Source of the DNA: an uncultured cyanobacterium | GTDB lineage: Bacteria > Cyanobacteriota > Cyanobacteriia > PCC-6307 > Cyanobiaceae | Reading direction: 5' to 3' | DNA length: 64,000 nucleotides | NCBI GenBank assembly: GCA_963697335.1 | Contig: CAVONQ010000006.1 | Coordinates: forward strand, 97,237 to 161,236 | Shown here: piece by piece, positions 38,603 through 48,644 of the stretch | Layout: every line of letters starts with the position of its first letter | Position numbering within the stretch: position 1 is the first letter of the stretch | Program-made: the position numbers and the translations under genes | Notes under the pieces: model-generated | Told to the model about the DNA's origin: nothing | Database searches by the model: none | The model's input: the letters and a program-made list of their open reading frames with translations, nothing else

Positions 38603-39127
38603 ATGATTCAAGGCTTCCTCGCTTGCCTGATGGGCCTGCTCCTGGTCGCCGCTCCGGTCCTCGCTGCGGACCTCCAACTGGAGCTGCGCAGGATCGATGC
38701 AACTGGTGTGGGGGATCCGATCGGCAGTCTCAGCCTGCGCGACACACCCGCGGGTCTGGTGATCCAACCCGCACTGTCGGGCCTGCCCCCCGGGGAGCAT
38801 GGTTTTCACCTCCATGCCCTGGGCAGCTGTGAGCCCGGCATGGGCAAGGACGGTCCTGTGGCCGGGCTCAGCGCCGGCGGCCACTGGGATCCCGAAGACA
38901 GTGGCCACCACTATGGCCCCGACGGCAACGGCCACCGCGGCGACCTGAGCCGTCTGATCGTGGCCGCCGATGGCAGGGCCCAAGAGCTGGTGCGGGCCCC
39001 GCGGCTGCAGGTGAGCGATCTGGCCGCCAAGGCCCTGATCGTTCATGCCGGGGGCGACACGTACACCGATACACCCCCTCTTGGGGGTGGTGGTGCCCGT
39101 ATCGCCTGTGCAGTGGTGCCCGCCTGA
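38603..39127 (+). CDS. sodC: Cu/Zn superoxide dismutase (exported)
   Basis: HGFHLH, GGHWDP, HRGDL, GGGGARIAC. Confidence 0.92.
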   Translation: MIQGFLACLMGLLLVAAPVLAADLQLELRRIDATGVGDPIGSLSLRDTPAGLVIQPALSGLPPGEHGFHLHALGSCEPGMGKDGPVAGLSAGGHWDPEDSGHHYGPDGNGHRGDLSRLIVAADGRAQELVRAPRLQVSDLAAKALIVHAGGDTYTDTPPLGGGGARIACAVVPA

Positions 39128-39198
39128 GCCGGGTTGGGAGGTTGCACCGGGAGCCTTAGGGTGGATCCGGGCAACAGCAACCTTTGGGTGTGATCAAC

Positions 39199-40152
39199 AT
39201 GTTCACAATTGAAAAGGCCACCAGCATCTTTCCGGAGACGCTTAAAGCGGATGTGGTGCCAGCCATCACCGCCCGCTTTCGGCTTCTGAGCGCAGAGGAC
39301 CAGCTGGCGCTGATCTGGTTCGCCTATCTGGAAATGGGGCGCACCATCACGATCGCCGCTCCTGGCGCCGCCAGGATGCAGTTTGCAGAAGGGGTGCTCA
39401 ACGAAATCAAGGGCATGGACTTCGCCGGCCAGAGCCAGGTGATGTTCGATCTGGCCAACCGCACGGATTCACCGATCTGCCGCACCTATGCCAATTGGTC
39501 GGTGAACATCAAGCTGGGCTTCTGGTATCAGCTTGGCGAGTGGATGGCGGCGGGCCTGGTAGCTCCGATTCCCGAGGGCTATCGGTTGTCGGCCAACGCC
39601 GTTGCCGTGCTCAGCTCCCTCAAGGAAGTGGATCAGGGCCAGCAGATCACCCTGCTGCGCAACTTTGTGGTGGACATGGGCTTTGATCCGGCCAAGGGTG
39701 AAGGCCAGCGGGTGATGGAGCCCGTGGTGACCCCGACCCCCGAAGAGAGCAGGAAGAAAGTGTTCATTGAGGGGGTGATCAACCCCACGGTGAACAACTA
39801 CATGGACCTGCTGAACGCCAACGACTTCGACAACCTGATCCAGCTCTTCCTGCCGGACGGAGCTCTGCAGCCGCCGTTCCAGAAGCCCATCGTGGGCAGC
39901 GATGCGATCCTGCGCTTCTTCCGGGAGGATTGCCAGAATCTGCGGCTGCTCCCAGAGCGGGGTTATGCCGAGCCAGCCGAGGGGGACTACACCCAGATCA
40001 AGGTCACCGGCAAGGTGCAGACGCCCTGGTTCGGAGCCGGAGTGGGCATGAATGTGGCCTGGCGTTTCCTGCTTGATCCCTCGGGCAAGATCTACTTCGT
40101 GGCGATCGATCTGCTGGCCTCACCGGCCGAACTGCTGAAGTTCGCCCGTTGA
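39199..40152 (+). CDS. ocp: Orange carotenoid protein
   Basis: DQLALIWFAY, KLGFWY, NTF2-like C-domain VQTPWFG. Confidence 0.96.
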   Translation: MFTIEKATSIFPETLKADVVPAITARFRLLSAEDQLALIWFAYLEMGRTITIAAPGAARMQFAEGVLNEIKGMDFAGQSQVMFDLANRTDSPICRTYANWSVNIKLGFWYQLGEWMAAGLVAPIPEGYRLSANAVAVLSSLKEVDQGQQITLLRNFVVDMGFDPAKGEGQRVMEPVVTPTPEESRKKVFIEGVINPTVNNYMDLLNANDFDNLIQLFLPDGALQPPFQKPIVGSDAILRFFREDCQNLRLLPERGYAEPAEGDYTQIKVTGKVQTPWFGAGVGMNVAWRFLLDPSGKIYFVAIDLLASPAELLKFAR

Positions 40153-40162
40153 GCCCATCGCT

Positions 40163-40954
40163 GTGAGTGGCACCAGTTGCAGAGGCTTGCTTCTCGCCGC
40201 TGGGATTGTGCTGGGCTGGCTGCTCAGCCTGATCGCCCTGGTCGCTATTGAAGCGCTGGGGCTGGCTGGGGGACTGCTCGCGGTGGCGGTGATGGCCCGC
40301 ACCCTGGCCCAGACGGGCCTGTTCATCGTGGGACACGACGCCATGCACGGTGTCCTGCTGCCGGAACACCCCCGTTGGAACGACCGGCTCGGGGCCGCCT
40401 GCCTGGGGCTCTATGCCGGCCTTCCCTATGGCCGCTGCCACCGCAACCATCTGCGCCATCACCGTCAGGAAGCCACCCCCGGCGACCCGGACTTCCACCC
40501 CGATCCCCAAGCAGGCCCGTTGCGCTGGTATCGCCGCTTCATGGGGGGCTACCTCTCCACCGCCCAGATGGCCAGGCTGCTGGTGGGGTGGATGGGACTC
40601 ACCGTGCTGCTGCACAGCCTGCCTGGGCTGGGCTGGGACCGGGCAGCCCACAGCGTGCTGCTCTTCTGCACCCTGCCCCTGCTGCTCAGCTCCCTGCAGT
40701 TGTTTCTGGTGGGCACCTACCTGCCCCATCGCCACCAGCGTTTCTGCTCCGGTGACGCCACCAGCCTGGATCTGCCGGTCTGGGCCTCGCTGCTGGCCTG
40801 TTATCACTTCGGCTACCACCGGGAACACCACGAGGCGCCCACCCTCCCCTGGTTTGACCTGCCCCGGCAGCGACTCGCGTCCGGCAGGGGTGTGTCGGTA
40901 TCCTTGAACACAAGGAATTGCTCGGACCTTTGCCGTGATGGAGACCACCCTTGA
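40163..40954 (+). CDS. crtW: Beta-carotene ketolase (CrtW type)
   Basis: His boxes HDAMH, HLRHH and HREHH; DPDFH; sits between ocp and frp. Confidence 0.85.
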   Translation: MSGTSCRGLLLAAGIVLGWLLSLIALVAIEALGLAGGLLAVAVMARTLAQTGLFIVGHDAMHGVLLPEHPRWNDRLGAACLGLYAGLPYGRCHRNHLRHHRQEATPGDPDFHPDPQAGPLRWYRRFMGGYLSTAQMARLLVGWMGLTVLLHSLPGLGWDRAAHSVLLFCTLPLLLSSLQLFLVGTYLPHRHQRFCSGDATSLDLPVWASLLACYHFGYHREHHEAPTLPWFDLPRQRLASGRGVSVSLNTRNCSDLCRDGDHP

Positions 40955-41264
40955 GGGCTGGACAGAGACCGAGCAATCCATCGCCCGGGATGCCTTTGAT
41001 CGGGCCTACAGCCGTGCCATCGCCAAGCTGATCGCCCGGGTGAGGGCGAGTGTGGAGGAGTTAGAGAGCGCCGACACCGTGTGGCATCTGCACGACTACC
41101 TGAGCATTGAGCGCCACACCATGGAAGGCCGCTTCGACTTCCGCCTGCAGGGCATCCTGTTTGTTTTTGCCAGCCTGGTGAAGGATGGTTTGCTCGACCT
41201 CAGTGAACTCGAAGGTCTTGAGACGCAGAAGCTCGCCAAGATCACGGCGATGTCGCGGTTCTGA
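40938..41264 (+). CDS. frp: Fluorescence recovery protein
   Basis: WTETEQSIARDAFDRAY, WHLHDYLS, ELEGL..KLAKI. Confidence 0.9.
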   Translation: METTLEGWTETEQSIARDAFDRAYSRAIAKLIARVRASVEELESADTVWHLHDYLSIERHTMEGRFDFRLQGILFVFASLVKDGLLDLSELEGLETQKLAKITAMSRF

Positions 41265-41318
41265 ATCGGGGTGATCTCGCCCTGGCGAGACCGGCCAGAG
41301 CCTGTGGGCCTCTGCTGA

Positions 41319-41588
41319 TCAGGGCAGAAAACCGAGATCCTGGAGTTGGGGCACCAGCCATAGGGGGATGCCATCCAGCTCCCAGCGCCAGAAATCGCCA
41401 CGACCCAGGTACACCGACTCCTGTCTGAGGAAAGCCTGAGCCAGGTTGGCCAGGTCAATCAGCTGGAGGGCGTCCTCGCGGGTGGAGCGACGCAACCGGA
41501 CTGCTGCGGAGGCAGATGGGGCCTGGGGGATGGCTCGGCCGGGCCAACGGGTGAGGCCCTGCAGGTCAACGGCAGTGTTGCCTTTCAT
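41319..41588 (-). CDS. Hypothetical protein
   Basis: 89-aa ORF, no recognised motif. Confidence 0.45.
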   Translation of the reverse strand: MKGNTAVDLQGLTRWPGRAIPQAPSASAAVRLRRSTREDALQLIDLANLAQAFLRQESVYLGRGDFWRWELDGIPLWLVPQLQDLGFLP

Positions 41589-41720
41589 GGGCTTCCGGCT
41601 GAGTCCGGCAACTGAAGAGGCCCAAAGGTAGCCGCACCTGTTCGAAAAAGCTCACAGCTCTTTGCCCACCGCCACAGACGGCTCAGCAGCAGACGCCGGC
41701 TCATCCCACCAGAATGCCTT

Positions 41721-41907
41721 CATGGACCATGGTCCGTTTGCCTTCGCCTCCCCCGCCCTGCTGCTCTGGTGCGGGCTTGTGGCCCTCAAGCTGGTGGGCT
41801 GGCAGCAGCGCTGGCGCCAGCACCAGGCGCGGCAGCTGGGCCAGGCCTTCCAGGCCGAACTGCGGCGGCGCCAACAGGCCAGGCCGGCTTACTTCTGGAA
41901 GCGCTGA
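41721..41907 (+). CDS. Small membrane hypothetical protein
   Basis: One TM plus Q/R-rich tail; start approximate. Confidence 0.4.
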
Positions 41908-42134
41908 TCGGTTTCCATCCAGCGCTCCAGGGCAGCCAGGCCCTCGATCGAGGCCCAGATGGTGAGGCCGAACACCAGCACCCCGCCGGCCGCCAGGATC
42001 GTGGCCACCAGCACGGGAATGGCCGCCAGCGCCACCAGAGGGATCACCACCACGGCACCCACGGCCGCCAGGCCCAGCACCGGGGCCACGAGGGCCGATG
42101 GGGGACCGTTCCTGAGCGATTGAAGCGAGGCCAT
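41889..42134 (-). CDS. Small membrane hypothetical protein
   Basis: Two hydrophobic segments, EGLAALERWME. Confidence 0.55.
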   Translation of the reverse strand: MASLQSLRNGPPSALVAPVLGLAAVGAVVVIPLVALAAIPVLVATILAAGGVLVFGLTIWASIEGLAALERWMETDQRFQK

Positions 42135-42249
42135 GGCACCCATACCCCATAGATGGATCCATTCTGCTCTGCTCTTCCAGGGGCTTGCGTGCCCCTGGGG
42201 GGGTGAACCGCACCGCCAGCACAGACCGCCGGGCAGCGGCGGGCGCCCA

Positions 42250-42720
42250 TCAGCTGGGCAGGCTGTGGCGCAGGGTCTGCTCGAACTGCACCAGGTGGCG
42301 ACGGTTTTCCTCACTGGGCTCCTGCAGGTAGCGCTGGCGCAGGTCCTGAAGCAGGGCCGCCATGCTGGGTGGCAGCAGCGGGTGCCATCCCGGGGGATCC
42401 AGCCCCAGCAACAGCGTTTCCACGGCACAGCTCTCGAGCAACTCCGGCTCCTGGGGAGCTGGCCCGTAGATCAGCGCCGTGGCACCGGCGGGGGCATGGA
42501 AGGTGAGCAGCTCAAAGGGGAAAATCACCCGCTCCAGGGCGAAGCCAGCCGGTCCGCTGCAGCAGAGCATCACCAGGTGGGAGCGCTCATTGCGGTAACC
42601 ACAGTCGAGCATCGGTTCGAGCATGGTTTCACACCGCCTGGGACACCACTGTTGAAGGGCTGCCCCAGGCAAATCCGTCGTGACGCGCACCAAAACAGCC
42701 GGATGAGCAACAGCACTCAT
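42250..42720 (-). CDS. DUF1830 domain protein
   Basis: CGYRN, LERVIFPFELLTFHAP; start uncertain. Confidence 0.65.
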   Translation of the reverse strand: MSAVAHPAVLVRVTTDLPGAALQQWCPRRCETMLEPMLDCGYRNERSHLVMLCCSGPAGFALERVIFPFELLTFHAPAGATALIYGPAPQEPELLESCAVETLLLGLDPPGWHPLLPPSMAALLQDLRQRYLQEPSEENRRHLVQFEQTLRHSLPS

Positions 42721-42763
42721 GGGCAAAGGGGCTGGTTGGTGCCATCCCGACAGAGGGACATCG

Positions 42764-43078
42764 TCAGTTCTTCCTGCGGCAGTAGCCACCACCCACGTTC
42801 ATCCAGCCCTCCAGGCAGGCCTTGCCGTTGGTGGGCGTGACCGTGTAGTTGAAGGCGCCCAGGTTGCTGCACTTGCCGTTGAACAGATCCACATAGCCCA
42901 GGGGGCAGATGGTGCCGATCTTGGGCACCACTTTTTGGGCCATGGCGGGGGGCGCGATCAGGGCCATCCCGGAGCAGGCCAGCAGAGCGGCAAGGGAGCG
43001 AGGCAGAAGAGATCGCAGCACGGGTCGCAGCAGCAGAGGATGATCTTCAGCCTCAGCATGCCTCAAAGTGCCGGCCAC
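42764..43078 (-). CDS. Small exported Cys-containing hypothetical protein
   Basis: Signal ..AMAQ, CPLGY, C..GW..GGGYC. Confidence 0.65.
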   Translation of the reverse strand: MAGTLRHAEAEDHPLLLRPVLRSLLPRSLAALLACSGMALIAPPAMAQKVVPKIGTICPLGYVDLFNGKCSNLGAFNYTVTPTNGKACLEGWMNVGGGYCRRKN

Positions 43079-44013
43079 AGCACCTCAATCCAGCGATCGC
43101 CGCTGAACAGACCCTGCCCCCAGCGGGCCTCAAGGTCGGCCAAGGGCTTGGCGGCCACGGCCTGATCGGGCTCGAGCCCCTGCTGCTTCAGGGCGGACAG
43201 CCGCTGCTGGGCAGTGTCCAGCATGGCCCGGTAGGCGGTGAGGTCCTCACGGCTGCCGACGCTGCCATGGCCCGGAATGATGCGGGTGTCGGGCCCGGCC
43301 AGGGCCAGGATCCGATCAACGCCGGCGATCGCCCCCGCCAGGGTGCCGCCGTTGCCGGCATCGATGAAGGGATACATGCCGTTGAACCAGACGTCACCGG
43401 CATGGATCACATCGGCCTTCTCGAAGCGCACCAGCACGTCGCCATCGGTGTGGGCGGCGGGCAGATACTCAAGATCAAGGCGTTCGCCGTTGAGCGAAAG
43501 CTGCAGGCTCTGCTCGAAGGTCACCACCGGCAGGGCCTCCGCTGGAGCCGGGGGGGTCACCAGGTTGAAGGCCGGGATGCTGGAGCCCTCCGCCAGGCGG
43601 CGCCGCACGTTTTGATGGGCCACGATGCGGGCGCCCGTGCGGGCAAAGCCCGCGTTGCCATCCGTGTGGTCGAAGTGGAAGTGGGTGTTGATCAGCCAGG
43701 TGGGGTCGCTGCCCCCCAGGGCCTTCACCGCCCCCCGTACGGGCGTGCCCAGACGCTCGAACTTGGCATCCACAAGAACGGTGCCGTCGGTCCCGGTGAG
43801 CACAGCGATGTTGCCTCCCTCGCCGCCGATCACTGCCACGGGGCCTCGCACCGGTGAGGCCAGAAAGGGTTCAGCGGCTGCCCCATGGACGCTGCGCAGC
43901 CAGGGGCTGTGCCATGGACTGAGCAGCCCCAGGGCCAGGGCCGCCGTGAAGGCAAGGGCTGTCAGCCAGCGGAAGCGGGGCGGCACGGCGGAAGTGCAAG
44001 AGGGTGGAGCCAT
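43063..44013 (-). CDS. Exported MBL-fold metallo-hydrolase
   Basis: THFHFDHTDG, AHTDGD, HAGD, IPGHG. Confidence 0.88.
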   Translation of the reverse strand: MAPPSCTSAVPPRFRWLTALAFTAALALGLLSPWHSPWLRSVHGAAAEPFLASPVRGPVAVIGGEGGNIAVLTGTDGTVLVDAKFERLGTPVRGAVKALGGSDPTWLINTHFHFDHTDGNAGFARTGARIVAHQNVRRRLAEGSSIPAFNLVTPPAPAEALPVVTFEQSLQLSLNGERLDLEYLPAAHTDGDVLVRFEKADVIHAGDVWFNGMYPFIDAGNGGTLAGAIAGVDRILALAGPDTRIIPGHGSVGSREDLTAYRAMLDTAQQRLSALKQQGLEPDQAVAAKPLADLEARWGQGLFSGDRWIEVLWPAL

Positions 44014-44034
44014 TCTTCAGGGGGCTGGAGCACT

Positions 44035-44460
44035 TCAGACCCAGGACTCCTCCCGCAGGGCCTGCCACTGGCTCAGCAGGGACTCTGGCACCCGCCTGGG
44101 CAGGTAGTCGCGGGGATCGCTGGGGCCATGGCGCAGCACGGCGTTCACCAGCAGGGCCGGGGTGCGGCCGCGGTTGATGGCGCCGTGGGGAACACCGGGG
44201 GGAATGCGCACCCAGACCCCTTCGTCCTCCCGCAGGCTGATGCGCCGCAGGCTCCTCTCCTGGAGCACCACCAGGTCGATGGCGCCGCGCAGCACCATCA
44301 GCTGATCGGTCTGCTGGCGATGACAGAAGAGCTCGCAGGCCGCCTGGGCGCTGATCTCGGCGATCAACGTTTCATCACAGGGCTGGGGTGTGGAGAAGAA
44401 GGCTTGGCCGGAACGGCTGCCGGCGAAGGGCAGGATTTCCACCTGGCGCGCAAGGGACAT
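44035..44460 (-). CDS. RmlC-like cupin protein
   Basis: FCHRQQTDQL, IPPGVPHGAIN. Confidence 0.7.
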   Translation of the reverse strand: MSLARQVEILPFAGSRSGQAFFSTPQPCDETLIAEISAQAACELFCHRQQTDQLMVLRGAIDLVVLQERSLRRISLREDEGVWVRIPPGVPHGAINRGRTPALLVNAVLRHGPSDPRDYLPRRVPESLLSQWQALREESWV

Positions 44461-44591
44461 GGACGAAACAACAAGTTCATGAAGTTTCGCGACCAGTTCG
44501 GCCTTGATGTCGCAATGGCTGATACCTAATGGGCCAACAGCCCTTGGCTATGGCGGTTTCCACACGCCAGGGGAGCGGCCCGGGCGGGACC

Positions 44592-45047
44592 TCAGGCCAT
44601 GTCGAGATCGGCATGCAGCAGATCCATCGCCGCATGCACGGGGATCGTCACGGCGTCGCCCAGGTTGAGAGTCGCGGCCAGGTTGCTGAGGATGTTGCGC
44701 TCGTCATCTTCCAGGGGACCATCGGAGCGCATGATCTCCGCCGCCACGGCATAGGCGGTGGCGCACTGGCCGGCATTGAGCACCTCGGCAGCCCTCACCA
44801 TCAGGTGCTGGGGACCCTCGCGGCGCAGGGTGGCCATCAGGCCGTCCATCAACCCCACCAGCTGCGCAGGGGCATAGTCGCGGTAGGGATGGCGGTAGTC
44901 CAGCGCGTGCCGCAGGGCCCGGGAGCCGGCCATGGTGAGGGTGCCGTCCCAGGAGACGGCCGCCAGGGCAACGGCCACGAACGCAGCCGCGGGATCGAGG
45001 GGCTCTGCGCTGTCCAGGGCCGTGGGAGAGGTCAGGGTGGAAGTCAT
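44592..45047 (-). CDS. TerB family protein
   Basis: AAVSWDG, TAYAVAAEIMRSDG..ERNIL. Confidence 0.75.
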   Translation of the reverse strand: MTSTLTSPTALDSAEPLDPAAAFVAVALAAVSWDGTLTMAGSRALRHALDYRHPYRDYAPAQLVGLMDGLMATLRREGPQHLMVRAAEVLNAGQCATAYAVAAEIMRSDGPLEDDERNILSNLAATLNLGDAVTIPVHAAMDLLHADLDMA

Positions 45048-45157
45048 GGGGAGCGAAGGCGAGGGGCCCTGGTTCCAGGGAGATCTCCACCCAAGACCTG
45101 CACCGCAACCCTTCGCGGTAGCGGTGCAGACCATGCCGCCAGAATGAAGAGGAATAC

Positions 45158-45940
45158 TCAGCCCGCCCCGGCTCCGCGCCCAGGCTCATCCGTGGGGCCA
45201 TCGAGCCAGCCCTGGTGGATCGCCTCGATCCGGCCGGAGCGCAGCAACCGCAGCAGACTCACGTCGAGGGGCATCTCCAGGGGGCTGTCGGTGGGCATGG
45301 CGAAGCCGTAGGTCTCCTGGGCCAGGCTGAACGGCGCCAGCTTCAGATCCAGTTGGGGGTTCTGGCTGAGGTAGTAGCGCAGGGCCGGAGAGTCGTAGAT
45401 CACGGCCAGCAGGGTGATGATCATCCACACCCCGGCAATCACCCGACCCAGGCGGGTCACCGGGGGCCGGTCGCCATAGCCCACCGTGGTGAGCGTGACG
45501 ATCGCAAACCAGAGGCCGTTGCCCACGCCATGGAGGTAATGGGGTGGGAAATGCTCTGGATTGCGGCGCCGCTCCGCCAGCCAGATCAGGTTGGCCACCA
45601 CGAACAGGGACATCAGCAGCACCCCGATCGACGACAGCGCCGCCACCTGGCCGAAAAAGTAGGACTGGGTGAACTCGATGGCGCCGCTGCTGAGGCGCTC
45701 CGGCGTGATGCTGATCGGGCCGATCGCCAGGTCGAGCTCGCCCCGCTCCAGGGCCGCGAGGTTGGAGGCGGTGTTCGCCTGGGGCACAAGGTCGGCCTCG
45801 AAGCCATTCTCCTCTGCCACCACGCGCCAGATGTCGGGGGTGATGCCCTCCAGGACGTCACCGCGCCGGATCAGGAAGGGCTCGTTGCCGCCGATCCCCA
45901 CCCGCAGGGGCCGGGCTGAAACGGGCCGCAGCAGCAGCGG
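45158..45940 (-). pseudogene. Internally deleted GluR0-like ligand-gated K+ channel (SBP-pore-SBP)
   Basis: DLAIGPISITPER (S1), TLTTVGYGD filter, YDSPALRYY/ETYGFA (end of S2); most of S2 and the signal-peptide start are absent. Confidence 0.65.
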
Positions 45941-45944
45941 TGTT

Positions 45945-47585
45945 TCAGCGGCGGCCGGAGCGCATCAGCGACACCACCAGCCACACCCCCAGCACGTTGG
46001 CGGCCACGAACAGCCCCTGGCTCACCTGGCGCAGCAGCTGCAGCTCCGACTGGGTGGCCATCACTGTGGCGCTCATCAGCAGGGCGGCCACCAGGATCGC
46101 CAGGGCGATGCGGCGCGACAGCACGTCGAGGTTGGCCAGCAGCCGATCCAGCCCCTGCAGCTGGAAGGCGAACACCAGCTCATCGCCGCTGAAGCGCTGC
46201 AGCAGGCCGCTGAGCTGGCGTGGGGATTCGAGCAGCAGGCTGCGCAGATCAAGGCCGAACTGCATCACCCGTTGCTGGGGCAGCAGCAGGGCACGGGCCA
46301 TCAGCCGGCTCACCAGGGGTTTCATCGCCTCGCTGAAGTTGAACTCCGGCGTGAGCGCGCGCGCCACGCCCTCCAGGTTGGTGATCGCCTTGACGAACAG
46401 GCCGAGGTTGCCGGGCACCAGCAGGCCCGAGTTGCTGGCGATCTGCAGCAGATCGGCCAGGAAGTGGGCAAAGTTGAGCTGCTGCAGCGGCTTGGCGAAG
46501 TTGGCGCGGATCAGCTGGTCGAGCTGCCGCCGCAGCCCCCGCCGGTCTGCGCTGCTGGCCTTGGGCGGCGCCAGCTGCACCAGCAGATCGGTGGCGCGGG
46601 CCGGATCTTCGTTGAGCAGGGCCAGCACCAGATCCAGCACCAGGGTGCGGGTGCGGGGGTCAAAGCTGCCCACCATGCCCAGATCCAGGATCGTGATCGT
46701 GCCGTCACGGGCCACCATCAGGTTGCCGGGATGGGGATCGGCATCAAAGAAGCCCTCCACGAAGAACTGCTCCACAAAGGCGCCGAGCAGGGCGTCGGTG
46801 GCGGCCTCGACACCCCCGGCGCGCTGCTCCAGGGCAAAACGCCCCTCCGGGCTCAGGATTGGATCCCCCGCCAGCCACTCCAGCACCAGCACCGCCGGCC
46901 CGCTGAGGTCGCGAAACAGGCCGGGCACCCGCAGCCGGCCATCCCCCACGAAGCTCGAGCGCTTCAGCACCTCCGCCAGCCGCTCGGTGTTGCCCGCCTC
47001 ACGGCGGAAGTCGATCTCCCCCTCGAGGGACGCCACCAGTTGTGCCGCCAGCCCGGGCAGGTCGTAGCTCGACCCCAGGGGCGTCTGGGCGGCGAGGGCG
47101 GCGATCTGGCGCAGCAGCTGGCCGTCTTCCTCCACCTGGCGCTCGATGCCGGGCCGCAGAACCTTCACGGCCACAGAGCGGCCATCGGCCAGCTCCGCCC
47201 GGTGCACCTGGCCGATGCTGCCCGCCGCCACCGGGGTGGTGTCAAAGCTGGCGAAAACCTCGCCCGGGGGCCGCTGCCACTGCTCCAGCAGGCGGGCTTC
47301 CACCTGGCTCCAGGGGGCCGGCGGCACGTCACTCTGCAACCGCGCCAGGGCGTGAACATAGGGGTCGGGCAGCAGGTCCGGGCGGGTGCTGAGCAGCTGC
47401 CCCACCTTCACGAACACGGGCCCCAGCTCGGCAAGCATGCGGCAGAGCACCTCCGGGGCCGGCAGGCTCGGCTTGGTGTCGGCAGCGGCACCCAGCTGGG
47501 CGCTCAGCAGACCGAGCAGGTAGTCCCACTGGTGCTGGGACACCACCTTGACGATCTCGATGGCGCGGGAGGAGCCGCTCAGCAT
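45945..47585 (-). CDS. ABC1/UbiB/AarF kinase family protein
   Basis: LGPVFVKVGQLLSTRPD, AAGSIGQVH, VKVLRP, ADPHPGN, LDLGMVG. Confidence 0.9.
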   Translation of the reverse strand: MLSGSSRAIEIVKVVSQHQWDYLLGLLSAQLGAAADTKPSLPAPEVLCRMLAELGPVFVKVGQLLSTRPDLLPDPYVHALARLQSDVPPAPWSQVEARLLEQWQRPPGEVFASFDTTPVAAGSIGQVHRAELADGRSVAVKVLRPGIERQVEEDGQLLRQIAALAAQTPLGSSYDLPGLAAQLVASLEGEIDFRREAGNTERLAEVLKRSSFVGDGRLRVPGLFRDLSGPAVLVLEWLAGDPILSPEGRFALEQRAGGVEAATDALLGAFVEQFFVEGFFDADPHPGNLMVARDGTITILDLGMVGSFDPRTRTLVLDLVLALLNEDPARATDLLVQLAPPKASSADRRGLRRQLDQLIRANFAKPLQQLNFAHFLADLLQIASNSGLLVPGNLGLFVKAITNLEGVARALTPEFNFSEAMKPLVSRLMARALLLPQQRVMQFGLDLRSLLLESPRQLSGLLQRFSGDELVFAFQLQGLDRLLANLDVLSRRIALAILVAALLMSATVMATQSELQLLRQVSQGLFVAANVLGVWLVVSLMRSGRR

Positions 47586-47666
47586 GCGGGGCTTGGCCAA
47601 CACTGCCGCCATGGTGGCGGCTGGGAGCAAGCTGGAGCGCCAGGGCAGGCCGGCTGTGGGCAAGGC

Positions 47667-48572
47667 ATGATCGAGCGCCAAGGCGATGGCGGCAGCGCCA
47701 GGGCTCCAGGCCGGCTCCGGCCCCTGGCCCCCCGTGACATTCCCCGGGTGGTGGCCTGGGCCCGGGCCGAGGGATTTTGTCCCGGCGCTGGGGATGTGGC
47801 CAGCTACCGCCACACCGACCGCCAGGGGCTGTGGGTCAAGGAGCTCGAGCACCAGTTGATCGGCTGCATCGCGGGTGTTCGCTACAACGCCAGTTACGGC
47901 TTCATCGGCCTGTTCCTGGTGGATCCGGCCCTGCGGGGCCAGGGCCACGGCCTCGACCTCTGGCGCACCGCCATGGACCACCTGGCTGCCCTGCCCTGCA
48001 TCGGCCTGGAAGCGGCGCCGGAACGGGTGGAGGACTACCGCAGCTGGGGCTTTCGTCCGGCCTCCCCCACCCGGCGCTGGCAGGCAGTGGCGACCGGTGA
48101 CGAGCGCCCGATCGACCCCCACGACGGACTCAACCTGGTGAAGGGGAAGCACTTGCCGCAGCGGGCGGTCCAGGCCTATGACGCATTACGGGAACCGAGC
48201 CCCCGGCCCCACTTTCTGGCCGACTGGCTGGGACAGAAAGCCGGCACCGTGCTGGCCCTGATTGATGGGCAGGGGCAGTGCCACGGCTTCGGCAGGATCC
48301 GACCCTGCCTGCTGCGGCGGGGGACGGGCTGGCGCATCGGGCCTCTACTGGCCGACAGCCCCGCGCTGGCTGAGCGGCTGCTGCTCGGCATGCTGGCCCG
48401 CCACCCCGGCGTGGTGCTGGTCGATGTGCCGGGCGCCAACCCCCACGGGGATCCACTGATGCGGCGGCTCGGCTTCCAACCCCAGAGCACCGTGCTGCGC
48501 ATGTACCGGGGGGAGCCACCGCGGGTGGGGCTGGGCGACGTGTACGGCCTGGCCTGCCTGGAGCTGGGCTGA
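47667..48572 (+). CDS. GNAT family N-acetyltransferase
   Basis: FIGLFLVDPALRGQGHG, RIGPLLAD, LELG C-terminus. Confidence 0.85.
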   Translation: MIERQGDGGSARAPGRLRPLAPRDIPRVVAWARAEGFCPGAGDVASYRHTDRQGLWVKELEHQLIGCIAGVRYNASYGFIGLFLVDPALRGQGHGLDLWRTAMDHLAALPCIGLEAAPERVEDYRSWGFRPASPTRRWQAVATGDERPIDPHDGLNLVKGKHLPQRAVQAYDALREPSPRPHFLADWLGQKAGTVLALIDGQGQCHGFGRIRPCLLRRGTGWRIGPLLADSPALAERLLLGMLARHPGVVLVDVPGANPHGDPLMRRLGFQPQSTVLRMYRGEPPRVGLGDVYGLACLELG

Positions 48573-48644
48573 GCCTGCCAGGGCCGCCCGCCAATCCAAC
48601 CCATGATCCCGGCTGTAGACCAGGGACAGCATTGATGGAACGCG

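Noticed and set aside
45669..48572. 967-aa ORF as a giant GNAT fusion
   Set aside because: The first ~660 codons are antisense to the ABC1 kinase; the real GNAT starts near 47667
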